Shown piece after piece: positions 26,609-34,199 of a DNA stretch of 34,199 nucleotides. The DNA comes from an uncultured Hyphomicrobiales bacterium (GTDB lineage: Bacteria > Pseudomonadota > Alphaproteobacteria > Rhizobiales > Xanthobacteraceae). A program made the position numbers and the translations under genes. The DNA is taken from positions 1 to 34,199 of the forward strand of contig CAITEM010000009.1 of NCBI GenBank assembly GCA_903891395.1, read 5' to 3'. Position 1 is the stretch's first letter; each line of letters opens with the position of its first letter. The notes beneath the pieces were generated by a model that worked only from the letters and a program-made list of their open reading frames with translations, was not told where the DNA came from and ran no database searches.

Positions 26609-28180
26609 TTACACCAACATCCACGCGATCGTGGCGAGCAACGCCGCAATGGCCCACAGCGCGGCGGCGGTCCAGCGGTTGCGCCGCGCCTCGGCCTTGC
26701 CGATCGCCGCCACCGTTTCTGGCGCCAGCACCAGGCCGTTGCGGGTAATGTCGTCGAACTGGTCGATCAAGATGCCGGCGCGGCTGAGCAACGACGGCAC
26801 CTGTGCGGCGAAACGGCCGAGTTCGCCGGCGCCCTGCGCCACGTCTTCCAGCTTGCCGATGGGGCCGAGATTGCGCTCGATCCATTCGCGCACCACGGGA
26901 TCGGCTACCGCCCACATATCGAGCTTGGGATCGAGCGTTCGGGCGACGCCTTCAACCACGACCATGGTCTTCTGCAGCAGCAGCAGTTCCGGCCGCGTGC
27001 GCATGTCGAACAGGCCGGTCACTTCAAAGAGAAGCATCAGCAGCTTCGCCATCGAGATGTCTTCGGCGGTGCGATTGTGAATCGGCTCGCCGATGGCGCG
27101 GATCGCCTGCGCGAAAGCCTCGACCGAATGGTGCCGCGGCACGTCTCCGGCATCGAACTGCACCTGCGCCGTGCGCTGATAATCGCGGGTGATGAAGCCG
27201 AACAGAATTTCCGCCAGAAAGCGGCGTTCCTTGGGGCCAAGCCGGCCCATGATACCGAAATCCACGGCGACGAGGCGGCCTTCGGTGTCGACGAACAAAT
27301 TACCCGGATGCATGTCGGCGTGAAAGAAGCCGTCGCGCAGCGCGTGGCGCAGGAAGCTCTGGATCACCTTGTGGCCGAGTGCCGGCAGGTCGTAGCCTTG
27401 GACTTCGAGGGCGGCGCGGTCGTTGAGCGGCGTGCCGTCGATCCACTCCATCGTCAGCACTTCGCGTGCGGTGCGGTCCCAGTCGACGGTGGGGACGCGG
27501 AAGCCCTCGTCTTTGACGGTATTTTCGGCCATTTCGGACAAAGCGGCGGCTTCGAGCCGAAAATCCATCTCCATCGCTACCGAGCGCGCCAGCGTCACGA
27601 CCGCTTCGACCGGCCGCAGCCGTTGCGCTTCGAGCGAGAAGTCCTCGGCCTTGCGCGCGGCGAACAGGAAGGCGTCGAGATCGACCTTGAACCGGTGGGC
27701 GACATTGGGGCGGATGATCTTCACCGCGACAGGCTTGCGGCCGTCGGGCGTATCGACTTCGGCCTTGTGAACCTGCGCGATCGAGGCCGCCGCGACCGCC
27801 GGACCGAAACTGGCGTAGATCGTGTCGAGCGGCTTGTCCAAAGCGCCGACAACGACTGCTTCGGCCTGCGCCTGCGGGAACGGCGCCATCTTGTCCTGCA
27901 GGCTTTCCAGATCATGCGAGATGGCGGTGCCGACCACGTCGGGCCGCGTCGCCATGAACTGACCGAGCTTGACGTAAGTCGGGCCGAGTTTGGTCAGCGC
28001 GGCGGCGAGCCGGCTGGAGCCATCCTTGGCTGTCGGGCGCTCGATCAGCCGCGCCAAAGCAATGGCTGTCTTCGCGGGCAACGGCAACGGCCGCGTATCG
28101 ACCAGCGCGAACACACCCTCGCGCGCGAACACAAAGCCGGCGCGCGTCAGACGGACGAGGTGGGACAGAGAAGAGATCAC
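26609..28180 (-). CDS. ubiB: Ubiquinone biosynthesis kinase-like protein UbiB
   Basis: [49 protein letters not shown]; GTG start overlaps the ubiE stop (GTGA). Confidence 0.95.
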   Translation of the reverse strand: MISSLSHLVRLTRAGFVFAREGVFALVDTRPLPLPAKTAIALARLIERPTAKDGSSRLAAALTKLGPTYVKLGQFMATRPDVVGTAISHDLESLQDKMAPFPQAQAEAVVVGALDKPLDTIYASFGPAVAAASIAQVHKAEVDTPDGRKPVAVKIIRPNVAHRFKVDLDAFLFAARKAEDFSLEAQRLRPVEAVVTLARSVAMEMDFRLEAAALSEMAENTVKDEGFRVPTVDWDRTAREVLTMEWIDGTPLNDRAALEVQGYDLPALGHKVIQSFLRHALRDGFFHADMHPGNLFVDTEGRLVAVDFGIMGRLGPKERRFLAEILFGFITRDYQRTAQVQFDAGDVPRHHSVEAFAQAIRAIGEPIHNRTAEDISMAKLLMLLFEVTGLFDMRTRPELLLLQKTMVVVEGVARTLDPKLDMWAVADPVVREWIERNLGPIGKLEDVAQGAGELGRFAAQVPSLLSRAGILIDQFDDITRNGLVLAPETVAAIGKAEARRNRWTAAALWAIAALLATIAWMLV

Positions 28181-28965
28181 AGCTTCCAGCCTGAATGCAG
28201 CGCCACCACGCCGCCGGTCATGGACGTGAACGAAACGCGGCGGAAGCCGGCGGTCTCGATCATTGCCGCGAAGGCTTTCGGCTTCGGGAATTTGCGGATC
28301 GACTCGACCAGGTACTGGTAGGCCTCGCGGTCGCCGGTGACGCGCTCGCCGATGCGCGGGATCACCTGGTACGAATACAGGTCGTAGATTTTGTCGAGGC
28401 CGGGCACGTCGACCGACGAGAATTCGAGGCAGAGGAATCGTCCGCCGATGCGCAGCACGCGAAAAGCTTCGCTCAGCGCGCGCTCGATGCGCGGCACATT
28501 GCGGATGCCGAAGGCGATGGTGACGCAATCGAAGCTGCGGTCGGGGTAGGGCAGCTCTTCCGCGTTGCCTTGCTCGAAGGTGACCATGCCGTCGAGCCCG
28601 CGCTGTTCGGCGCGTTCGCGGCCAACCGCCAGCATCTCGGCGTTGATGTCGCAGACGGTGACGCGCGTGCCCATGCCGCCCGCTTCGACCACGCGGAAGG
28701 CAACGTCGCCGGTGCCGCCCGCCAAATCCAGCAGCGCGAACGCCTTGTCCGACATTTCGCCAAGACGGCCGGGACGGCCTTTTGGTGGCGGATTGACCGC
28801 CGTCACCAGCGCGTCTTTCCACGGACGGTGTAGTCCGGCCGACATCAGATCGTTCATCAGGTCGTAGCGCTTGGCGACAGAGTGGAACACCTCGTCCACC
28901 ATGCCCTGCTTGTCCGACAGAGGGACGGTTTTCTCGCCAAAATGAGTGTCTTCTCGCGCAGCCAT
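28177..28965 (-). CDS. ubiE: Ubiquinone/menaquinone C-methyltransferase
   Basis: [59 protein letters not shown]. Confidence 0.97.
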   Translation of the reverse strand: MAAREDTHFGEKTVPLSDKQGMVDEVFHSVAKRYDLMNDLMSAGLHRPWKDALVTAVNPPPKGRPGRLGEMSDKAFALLDLAGGTGDVAFRVVEAGGMGTRVTVCDINAEMLAVGRERAEQRGLDGMVTFEQGNAEELPYPDRSFDCVTIAFGIRNVPRIERALSEAFRVLRIGGRFLCLEFSSVDVPGLDKIYDLYSYQVIPRIGERVTGDREAYQYLVESIRKFPKPKAFAAMIETAGFRRVSFTSMTGGVVALHSGWKL

Positions 28966-29044
28966 AGACCAATAATCCTTTGTCGGCAGGACCATAGCGC
29001 GCGGGTGCGCGGGGCGCTATGTGTCGTTAAGAAAGCGGTTAACC

Positions 29045-29911
29045 ATGCCCGAGCTGCCCGAAGTCGAAACCGTTCGCCGCGGCCTGGCCCCCGCCATGGA
29101 AGGCGTACGGGTGGACAAGGTCGAGGTGCGCCACCGCGGCCTGCGCTGGCCGATCGCCAAGGATTTCGAAAAGCGGATTAACGGCCAGACCGTCACCAGC
29201 GTCGGCCGTCGGGCGAAATATCTGATCGTCGATCTGTCGTCGGGCGACGTGCTCGTCATGCATCTCGGCATGTCGGGTTCGTTCCGCGTCAATGATGGCA
29301 AGATCGCCAAATATCATCACGAGAAATCCAAGAGCGAGACGCACGACCATGTCGTGTTTCATATGTCCAACGGCGCGACGGTGACGTTCAACGATCCGCG
29401 CCGTTTCGGTTCGATGAAGCTTGTGACGCGCGCGAAGATTGACGAAGAGCCGTTGCTCAGTGGCATCGGTCCGGAGCCGCTTGGCAATCAATTCGACGCT
29501 GCGATGCTGGCCGCGGCCTGCGCCGGCAAAAAGACGTCGCTCAAAGCCGCGCTGCTCGATCAGCGTGTCGTGGCGGGGCTCGGCAATATCTACGTCTGCG
29601 AAGCGCTGTTCCGCGCGCGGCTGTCGCCGAAGCGTCAGGCGTCCACGATCGCGGACCGCAAGGGGCAGCCGAACGCGCACGCCATCGCATTGGTCGACGC
29701 CATCAAGGCCGTGCTGCACGACGCCATCAAGGCCGGCGGCTCGTCGCTGCGCGACCACCGCCGCGCCGACGGCTCACTCGGCGATTTCCAGCATAATTTC
29801 CTGGTCTATGACCGCGAGGGCGAGCCTTGTCCCGGCGGCTGCAAAGGCACCGTGAAGCGCATCGTACAGAACGGCCGCTCGACGTTCTATTGCCCCGCCT
29901 GCCAGAAGTGA
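29045..29911 (+). CDS. mutM: Formamidopyrimidine-DNA glycosylase
   Basis: N-terminal [33 protein letters not shown]-terminal zinc finger. Confidence 0.98.
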   Translation: MPELPEVETVRRGLAPAMEGVRVDKVEVRHRGLRWPIAKDFEKRINGQTVTSVGRRAKYLIVDLSSGDVLVMHLGMSGSFRVNDGKIAKYHHEKSKSETHDHVVFHMSNGATVTFNDPRRFGSMKLVTRAKIDEEPLLSGIGPEPLGNQFDAAMLAAACAGKKTSLKAALLDQRVVAGLGNIYVCEALFRARLSPKRQASTIADRKGQPNAHAIALVDAIKAVLHDAIKAGGSSLRDHRRADGSLGDFQHNFLVYDREGEPCPGGCKGTVKRIVQNGRSTFYCPACQK

Positions 29912-29976
29912 CAGGCCTGACATCCCGCGCGGAATGTGCTTCCAATGGAGAAAATAAATAATCGCCGGGGAAGAAC

Positions 29977-30933
29977 ATGCGCATACTTGGTCTTGCTCTC
30001 GTTGTTTTGGCCTGCCTGACAGGCGCCGCGTCGGCGGAATATCCGGATCGCCCGATCCGTCTGATCGTGCCGCAGGCCGCGGGCAGTGCCACCGACACGG
30101 CCGCGCGCATTCTTGCTTCCGAACTGCAACGTGAACTCAACCAGACTGTCGTGGTGGACGATCGGCCGGGCGGCGCGCTGACGTTGGGGCTCGACCTGGT
30201 CGCGAAATCGGCGCCGGACGGCTACACCATCGGCATGGGTCCGATCGGCGGGCTCGCCATCACGCGGCACATGGTGGCGAAGATGCCCTTCGACATCGAA
30301 CGCGATCTGCAGCCGATCTGTCTGGTGACGCGCGGCCATCTGCTGCTCGCGGTATCGCCGAAGCTGCCGGTCAATTCGGTGCAGGAGCTGATCGACTACG
30401 CCAAGAAGAATCCCGGCAAGCTGACCAATGCGTCGTCGAGCAACGGGTCGCCCGGCCATCTCGGCGGCGAACTGTTCAAATACATGACCGGCACGCAGAT
30501 CGTGCACGTGCCCTATCGCGGTGGCGCCTCCGCCATCAACGACCTGATCGCGGGGCATGTCGACATCATGTTCGAGAGCCTGCAATCGATCGCGCCGCAC
30601 GCGCGCGCCGGTTCGGTTCACGCGCTCGGCGTCAGCGGCGCCACGCGCTCACCCGGCTTTCCCGAACTGCCGACCATTGGCGAAACCGTGCCGGGCTATC
30701 TGGCGCCGACCTGGACCGGCGTGGTGGGTCCGGCCGGACTGCCGCGCCCGATCCTCGACAAGCTCAATGCCGCGATTAACAAGGCGATCCTGTCGGAAGG
30801 TTTCAAGGACAAGTTCGCCAAGATCGGCGACGAGGGTGGCGGCGGCAGCCCCGAGGACTTCGCGGCGCTGATCAGGAGCGATTCCGCCAAATGGGGCGAG
30901 GTTATTCAGCGCGCAGGCATTAAGCTGGAATGA
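29977..30933 (+). CDS. Bug/TctC tripartite tricarboxylate transporter substrate-binding protein
   Basis: Signal peptide, YPDRPIRLIVP.AAGS.TD, PDGYT, HVPYRGG..AINDLIAG, PELPT, KWGEVI..AGIK. Confidence 0.93.
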   Translation: MRILGLALVVLACLTGAASAEYPDRPIRLIVPQAAGSATDTAARILASELQRELNQTVVVDDRPGGALTLGLDLVAKSAPDGYTIGMGPIGGLAITRHMVAKMPFDIERDLQPICLVTRGHLLLAVSPKLPVNSVQELIDYAKKNPGKLTNASSSNGSPGHLGGELFKYMTGTQIVHVPYRGGASAINDLIAGHVDIMFESLQSIAPHARAGSVHALGVSGATRSPGFPELPTIGETVPGYLAPTWTGVVGPAGLPRPILDKLNAAINKAILSEGFKDKFAKIGDEGGGGSPEDFAALIRSDSAKWGEVIQRAGIKLE

Positions 30934-30957
30934 GCGGCAACCGCTTAAGGACAGGTC

Positions 30958-31731
30958 ATGGCTTACGAAAACATCATCGTCGAAACCAAGGGCCGCGTCG
31001 GCGTCGTAAGGCTCAACCGGCCGCAGGCGCTCAACGCGCTTAACCGCGCGCTGGTGACTGAACTTTTTCAGGCGATTGACGGCTTTGAGGCCGACGAAGG
31101 GATCGGCTGCATCCTGCTGACCGGTAGCGACAAGGCCTTCGCCGCGGGTGCCGATATCAAGGAGATGGCCGACAAGACCTTCATCGAGGCCTATCTCGGC
31201 AATTTTTGCGCCGATTGGGATCGCGCGGCGCGGGCGCGTAAGCCGATCGTGGCTGCTGTGGCGGGTTTCGCGCTCGGCGGCGGCTGCGAACTGGCGATGC
31301 AGTGCGATCTCATCATCGCCGCCGACACCGCCAAATTCGGCCAGCCGGAAATCAAACTCGGCGTCATCCCCGGCATTGGCGGCACGCAGCGGCTGACGCG
31401 CGCGGTCGGCAAGGCCAAGGCGATGGACATGATCCTCACCGGCCGCATGATGGATGCGGCCGAGGCCGAACGGTCGGGGCTTGTGGCCCGCGTCGTGCCG
31501 GCCGCGAGCTTGATGGATGAGGCGATGAAGGTCGCCGACACCATCGCCACTATGTCGCTGCCGTCGGCGCTGGCCGGCAAGGAGGCGGTCAACGCCGCTT
31601 TCGAAACCTCGTTGGCCGAAGGCGCGCGCTTCGAGCGGCGCATTTTCCATTCGCTGTTTGCGACCGACGATCAGAAAGAAGGCATGAAAGCCTTCGTCGA
31701 AAAGCGAAAGCCGGATTGGAAGAATAAATAA
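30958..31731 (+). CDS. Enoyl-CoA hydratase (crotonase)
   Basis: [56 protein letters not shown]. Confidence 0.96.
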   Translation: MAYENIIVETKGRVGVVRLNRPQALNALNRALVTELFQAIDGFEADEGIGCILLTGSDKAFAAGADIKEMADKTFIEAYLGNFCADWDRAARARKPIVAAVAGFALGGGCELAMQCDLIIAADTAKFGQPEIKLGVIPGIGGTQRLTRAVGKAKAMDMILTGRMMDAAEAERSGLVARVVPAASLMDEAMKVADTIATMSLPSALAGKEAVNAAFETSLAEGARFERRIFHSLFATDDQKEGMKAFVEKRKPDWKNK

Positions 31732-31740
31732 CGCCGATTG

Positions 31741-33414
31741 TTATTTGCGGACGCAAATCATCCGCACCACCGACGCCTTGGCGTCGGCGGAGGGCGCGTC
31801 ACTCGCCGCGACATGATGCGCGTCGAGGAATTCACGGATGGTCTGCGCGGTGACGAGGCGTACCGGCGGCGCGGAAGGCTCGATGCTGGCGAGCACGGCG
31901 TTGCGCATTTCCATCATGCCGAGGAAGCGGCCCTGGCCGTCGAGCGCGGCGGCGCCGGAAAATCCCGCCATGGGCACCGGCTGGCGCAGTTCGATGGCCG
32001 TTCCGCCGACCAGCCGCGCCTTGATTTCGGTGAGCTTGCGGTCGTTCTGCTCTTTCGGGTCCGGAATACCGGTCAGCGTCACATCGCCGGTCTTGTTGGC
32101 GTTCGGCCCGAATGACAAAGCCGGGAATTTGCGCGGCCCGTAGACGCGCAGCAACGCCAGCCCATTGTCTTTGTCATCAGCGATGCGCACGGCGTCGCCG
32201 AGGCCGGACGCGACGATCACCTGGCAGCCTTCGGTGAGCTTGCGGTCGGTGACGATATGGCCCTGGTCGCTGACGACGATGCCGTTGCCGTATTCGACCG
32301 ATTTCGACAGCGCCGCGAACGGCGCGCTGCGTTCGGGAAACGGTGAGAACGCCGACGCCATCGCCACCATCACCGGCGTGACGATGGTTTCCATCATCTG
32401 GTCGTACATCATGGTGAAGCCGCGCACCTCGCCATCGCGGAATTGCGCCTTCACCGAGAATTTCTTGAGGCCCTGAAAACCGCTGATGATGAAACCGTCA
32501 TCGCGCAGCAGGCTGTATTCGATCTTGCGTGTCGCCGGTTCGCGTTTTTCCTGCTCGAACAGCGCAGCTAGTTTCAGATCGCGGTCGGCGACGCGGAAGG
32601 TTTCCACCTGGACGTCGCCGTGCGCCGACGACCAGCGCGTGCCGCGCGGCGCTTCCTGGGCTTGCGGCACCAGTTTGGTCGGCAGGCCGATGCGGATGCC
32701 CGTCGCTGGATCGACCACGACGCTCCAGCCGAATTCTTGCTCGTGATTGCTGGCGGCGGCCAGCAGATTGCCGCGCTCGGTCTCGGTCAGTACGCCGGTG
32801 ATCTTGCCCTTGCTGCGCTTCTGGTAATTCTTGACGGCGGGGACCATCGGGTCTTCGCCCGCGGCGGCAACGGCGTAGTCGCCGGACCACAATAACGCCG
32901 ACTGGACTTTCTGGCGGTCGGCGGCGGGAATGCCGGCGAAAGCGTCGGATGTCGGTGGTTCGGTTTTTACCGGCTCGGCTGTGGCGACGTCCGGCTTTTT
33001 AATCTCGACGGTTTTGGTCTCAGGTTTTTTTGCTTCCGATTTAGCCGCTCCAAGCTTGGGCAATTCCGGTTTGGTCTCGACGGCCTTCGCCTCCATCGGG
33101 CGCGGCGGCGGCAGCTTCACGGGCTCGGTCTTGGCGGTCGCTGGTTTCGGTGCGCCCGCCTTCGCGGCCGGTTTGACGTCCGTCTTTTCCGGCGCGGCTT
33201 GATCGGTCGTGGTCTCGGCTGTCGCCGGGGCCAATGTGGGCATGACGTGTTTGGCGGTCTCGGTCCTGGCGTTTTTCGGCTTGGTCTGCGTCTTCGGCGC
33301 CGCGGGCTTCTCGGCAGCCGGCGTCAGGAAGTCGAGGATGCTCTTGGCCTCCTCGGCTCGCGCCGAAGCGCAGAGCAGGAGCGGCAGCATCACAAGGGCC
33401 GGGACAAGACGCAT
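31741..33414 (-). CDS. Secreted protein: P/K/A/T-rich linker, peptidoglycan-binding-like domain and degenerate trypsin-like domain
   Basis: Signal peptide; long low-complexity linker; QSALLWSGDY...YQK....ITGVLT; YGNGIVVS..GHIVT, LALLRV and GFSG trypsin-fold motifs. Confidence 0.75.
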   Translation of the reverse strand: MRLVPALVMLPLLLCASARAEEAKSILDFLTPAAEKPAAPKTQTKPKNARTETAKHVMPTLAPATAETTTDQAAPEKTDVKPAAKAGAPKPATAKTEPVKLPPPRPMEAKAVETKPELPKLGAAKSEAKKPETKTVEIKKPDVATAEPVKTEPPTSDAFAGIPAADRQKVQSALLWSGDYAVAAAGEDPMVPAVKNYQKRSKGKITGVLTETERGNLLAAASNHEQEFGWSVVVDPATGIRIGLPTKLVPQAQEAPRGTRWSSAHGDVQVETFRVADRDLKLAALFEQEKREPATRKIEYSLLRDDGFIISGFQGLKKFSVKAQFRDGEVRGFTMMYDQMMETIVTPVMVAMASAFSPFPERSAPFAALSKSVEYGNGIVVSDQGHIVTDRKLTEGCQVIVASGLGDAVRIADDKDNGLALLRVYGPRKFPALSFGPNANKTGDVTLTGIPDPKEQNDRKLTEIKARLVGGTAIELRQPVPMAGFSGAAALDGQGRFLGMMEMRNAVLASIEPSAPPVRLVTAQTIREFLDAHHVAASDAPSADAKASVVRMICVRK

Positions 33415-33417
33415 GTG

Positions 33418-33433
33418 TTAACAAAACCCTAAC
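33418..33433. promoter_or_regulatory. Candidate CtrA box
   Basis: TTAA-CAAAACC-CTAAC, one mismatch to TTAA-N7-TTAAC, immediately upstream of the 33414 start. Confidence 0.35.
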
Positions 33434-33523
33434 CGCGTTGCGGGGCACCTTAGAGCATCGAGGCTGGGGTGCAAGGCGTCCGGGGGCTGGCTGAAAGCCT
33501 CGGTCCGTCATAGGGTTAAGACC

Positions 33524-34199
33524 ATGCTGGACGCCGAGGAACTGCAACGTTATGCGCGCCATATCGTGCTGCGCGAGGTCGGCGGGCCGGGCCAGGCCAA
33601 GCTGAAGGCGGCGCGGGTGCTGGTGATCGGCGCCGGTGGCCTTGGCGCGCCTGTGCTGCTTTACCTCGCTGCGGCCGGCGTCGGGACGCTAGGCATCGTC
33701 GACGACGACACGGTGTCGCTGTCGAACCTGCAGCGCCAAGTGATCCACGCCACCCCCGATATCGGCATGCGCAAGGTCGACAGCGCCGAGACGGCGATCG
33801 AACGTCTCAACCCGCATGTGCAGGTCGAGACGCACATGACGCGGCTCGACGCCGGCAACGCGATCGATCTGATTTCCAAATACGACATCGTCGCCGACGG
33901 CTCGGACAATTTCGCCACGCGCTATCTGGTGTCGGACGCCTGCTACTTCGCCAAGCGGCCTTTGATCACCGCGGCGGTCGGCACCTTCGACGGCTCGCTG
34001 ACGACGCTGCGCGCGCACGAGACGCGCGATGGCATTCGTAACCCGACATATCGGTGCTTATTTCCCGAACCGCCGCCGCCCGGCACCGTGCCGGCCTGCG
34101 CCGAAGCCGGCATTCTCGGCGCGCTGCCGGGCATTCTCGGTTCGATGATGGCGCTGGAGGTGATCCGCGAAATCGTCGGCTTTGGCGAAGGTCTGGTCG
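33524..34199 (+). CDS. moeB: MoeB/ThiF family adenylyltransferase, 3'-truncated by the window edge
   Basis: Manual translation MLDAEELQRYARHIVLREVGGPGQAKLKAARVLVIGAGGLG...SNLQRQ...DGSDNFATRY...YRCLFPEPP...CAEAG. Confidence 0.93.
   Translation, partial: MLDAEELQRYARHIVLREVGGPGQAKLKAARVLVIGAGGLGAPVLLYLAAAGVGTLGIVDDDTVSLSNLQRQVIHATPDIGMRKVDSAETAIERLNPHVQVETHMTRLDAGNAIDLISKYDIVADGSDNFATRYLVSDACYFAKRPLITAAVGTFDGSLTTLRAHETRDGIRNPTYRCLFPEPPPPGTVPACAEAGILGALPGILGSMMALEVIREIVGFGEGLV

Overview
High-GC alphaproteobacterial chromosomal segment (Hyphomicrobiales/Xanthobacteraceae-like, inferred from gene order and protein style). It is mostly conserved housekeeping synteny: ihfB'-lapA-trpFBA-accD-folC, convergent with trxA-addA-addB-murU-(tsaE/amgK fusion); then divL, rrf2, dut, coaBC, ubiB, ubiE, mutM, a Bug/TctC solute receptor, enoyl-CoA hydratase, a secreted trypsin-like pseudoprotease and a partial moeB. 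Three accessory inserts interrupt it: (1) a ~620 bp unit between ihfB and lapA, where a stand-alone GIY-YIG nuclease gene is flanked by two mutually inverted ~150 bp REP doublets, the layout of a RAYT/REPIN locus but with a GIY-YIG enzyme; (2) a PAS-GGDEF-EAL gene plus two small proteins between tsaE and divL; (3) an ArsR-SRPBCC-VOC-SRPBCC operon between coaBC and ubiB. The two best candidates for undescribed biology are the REP-flanked GIY-YIG element and a CoaBC with an N-terminal FitA-like ribbon-helix-helix domain, whose putative promoter is overlapped by a perfect FitA-like palindrome (a possible self-regulating CoA enzyme). Several radical single-base changes at conserved residues suggest possible consensus errors in the sequence. 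All family assignments come from recognising motifs by eye; no searches were run.
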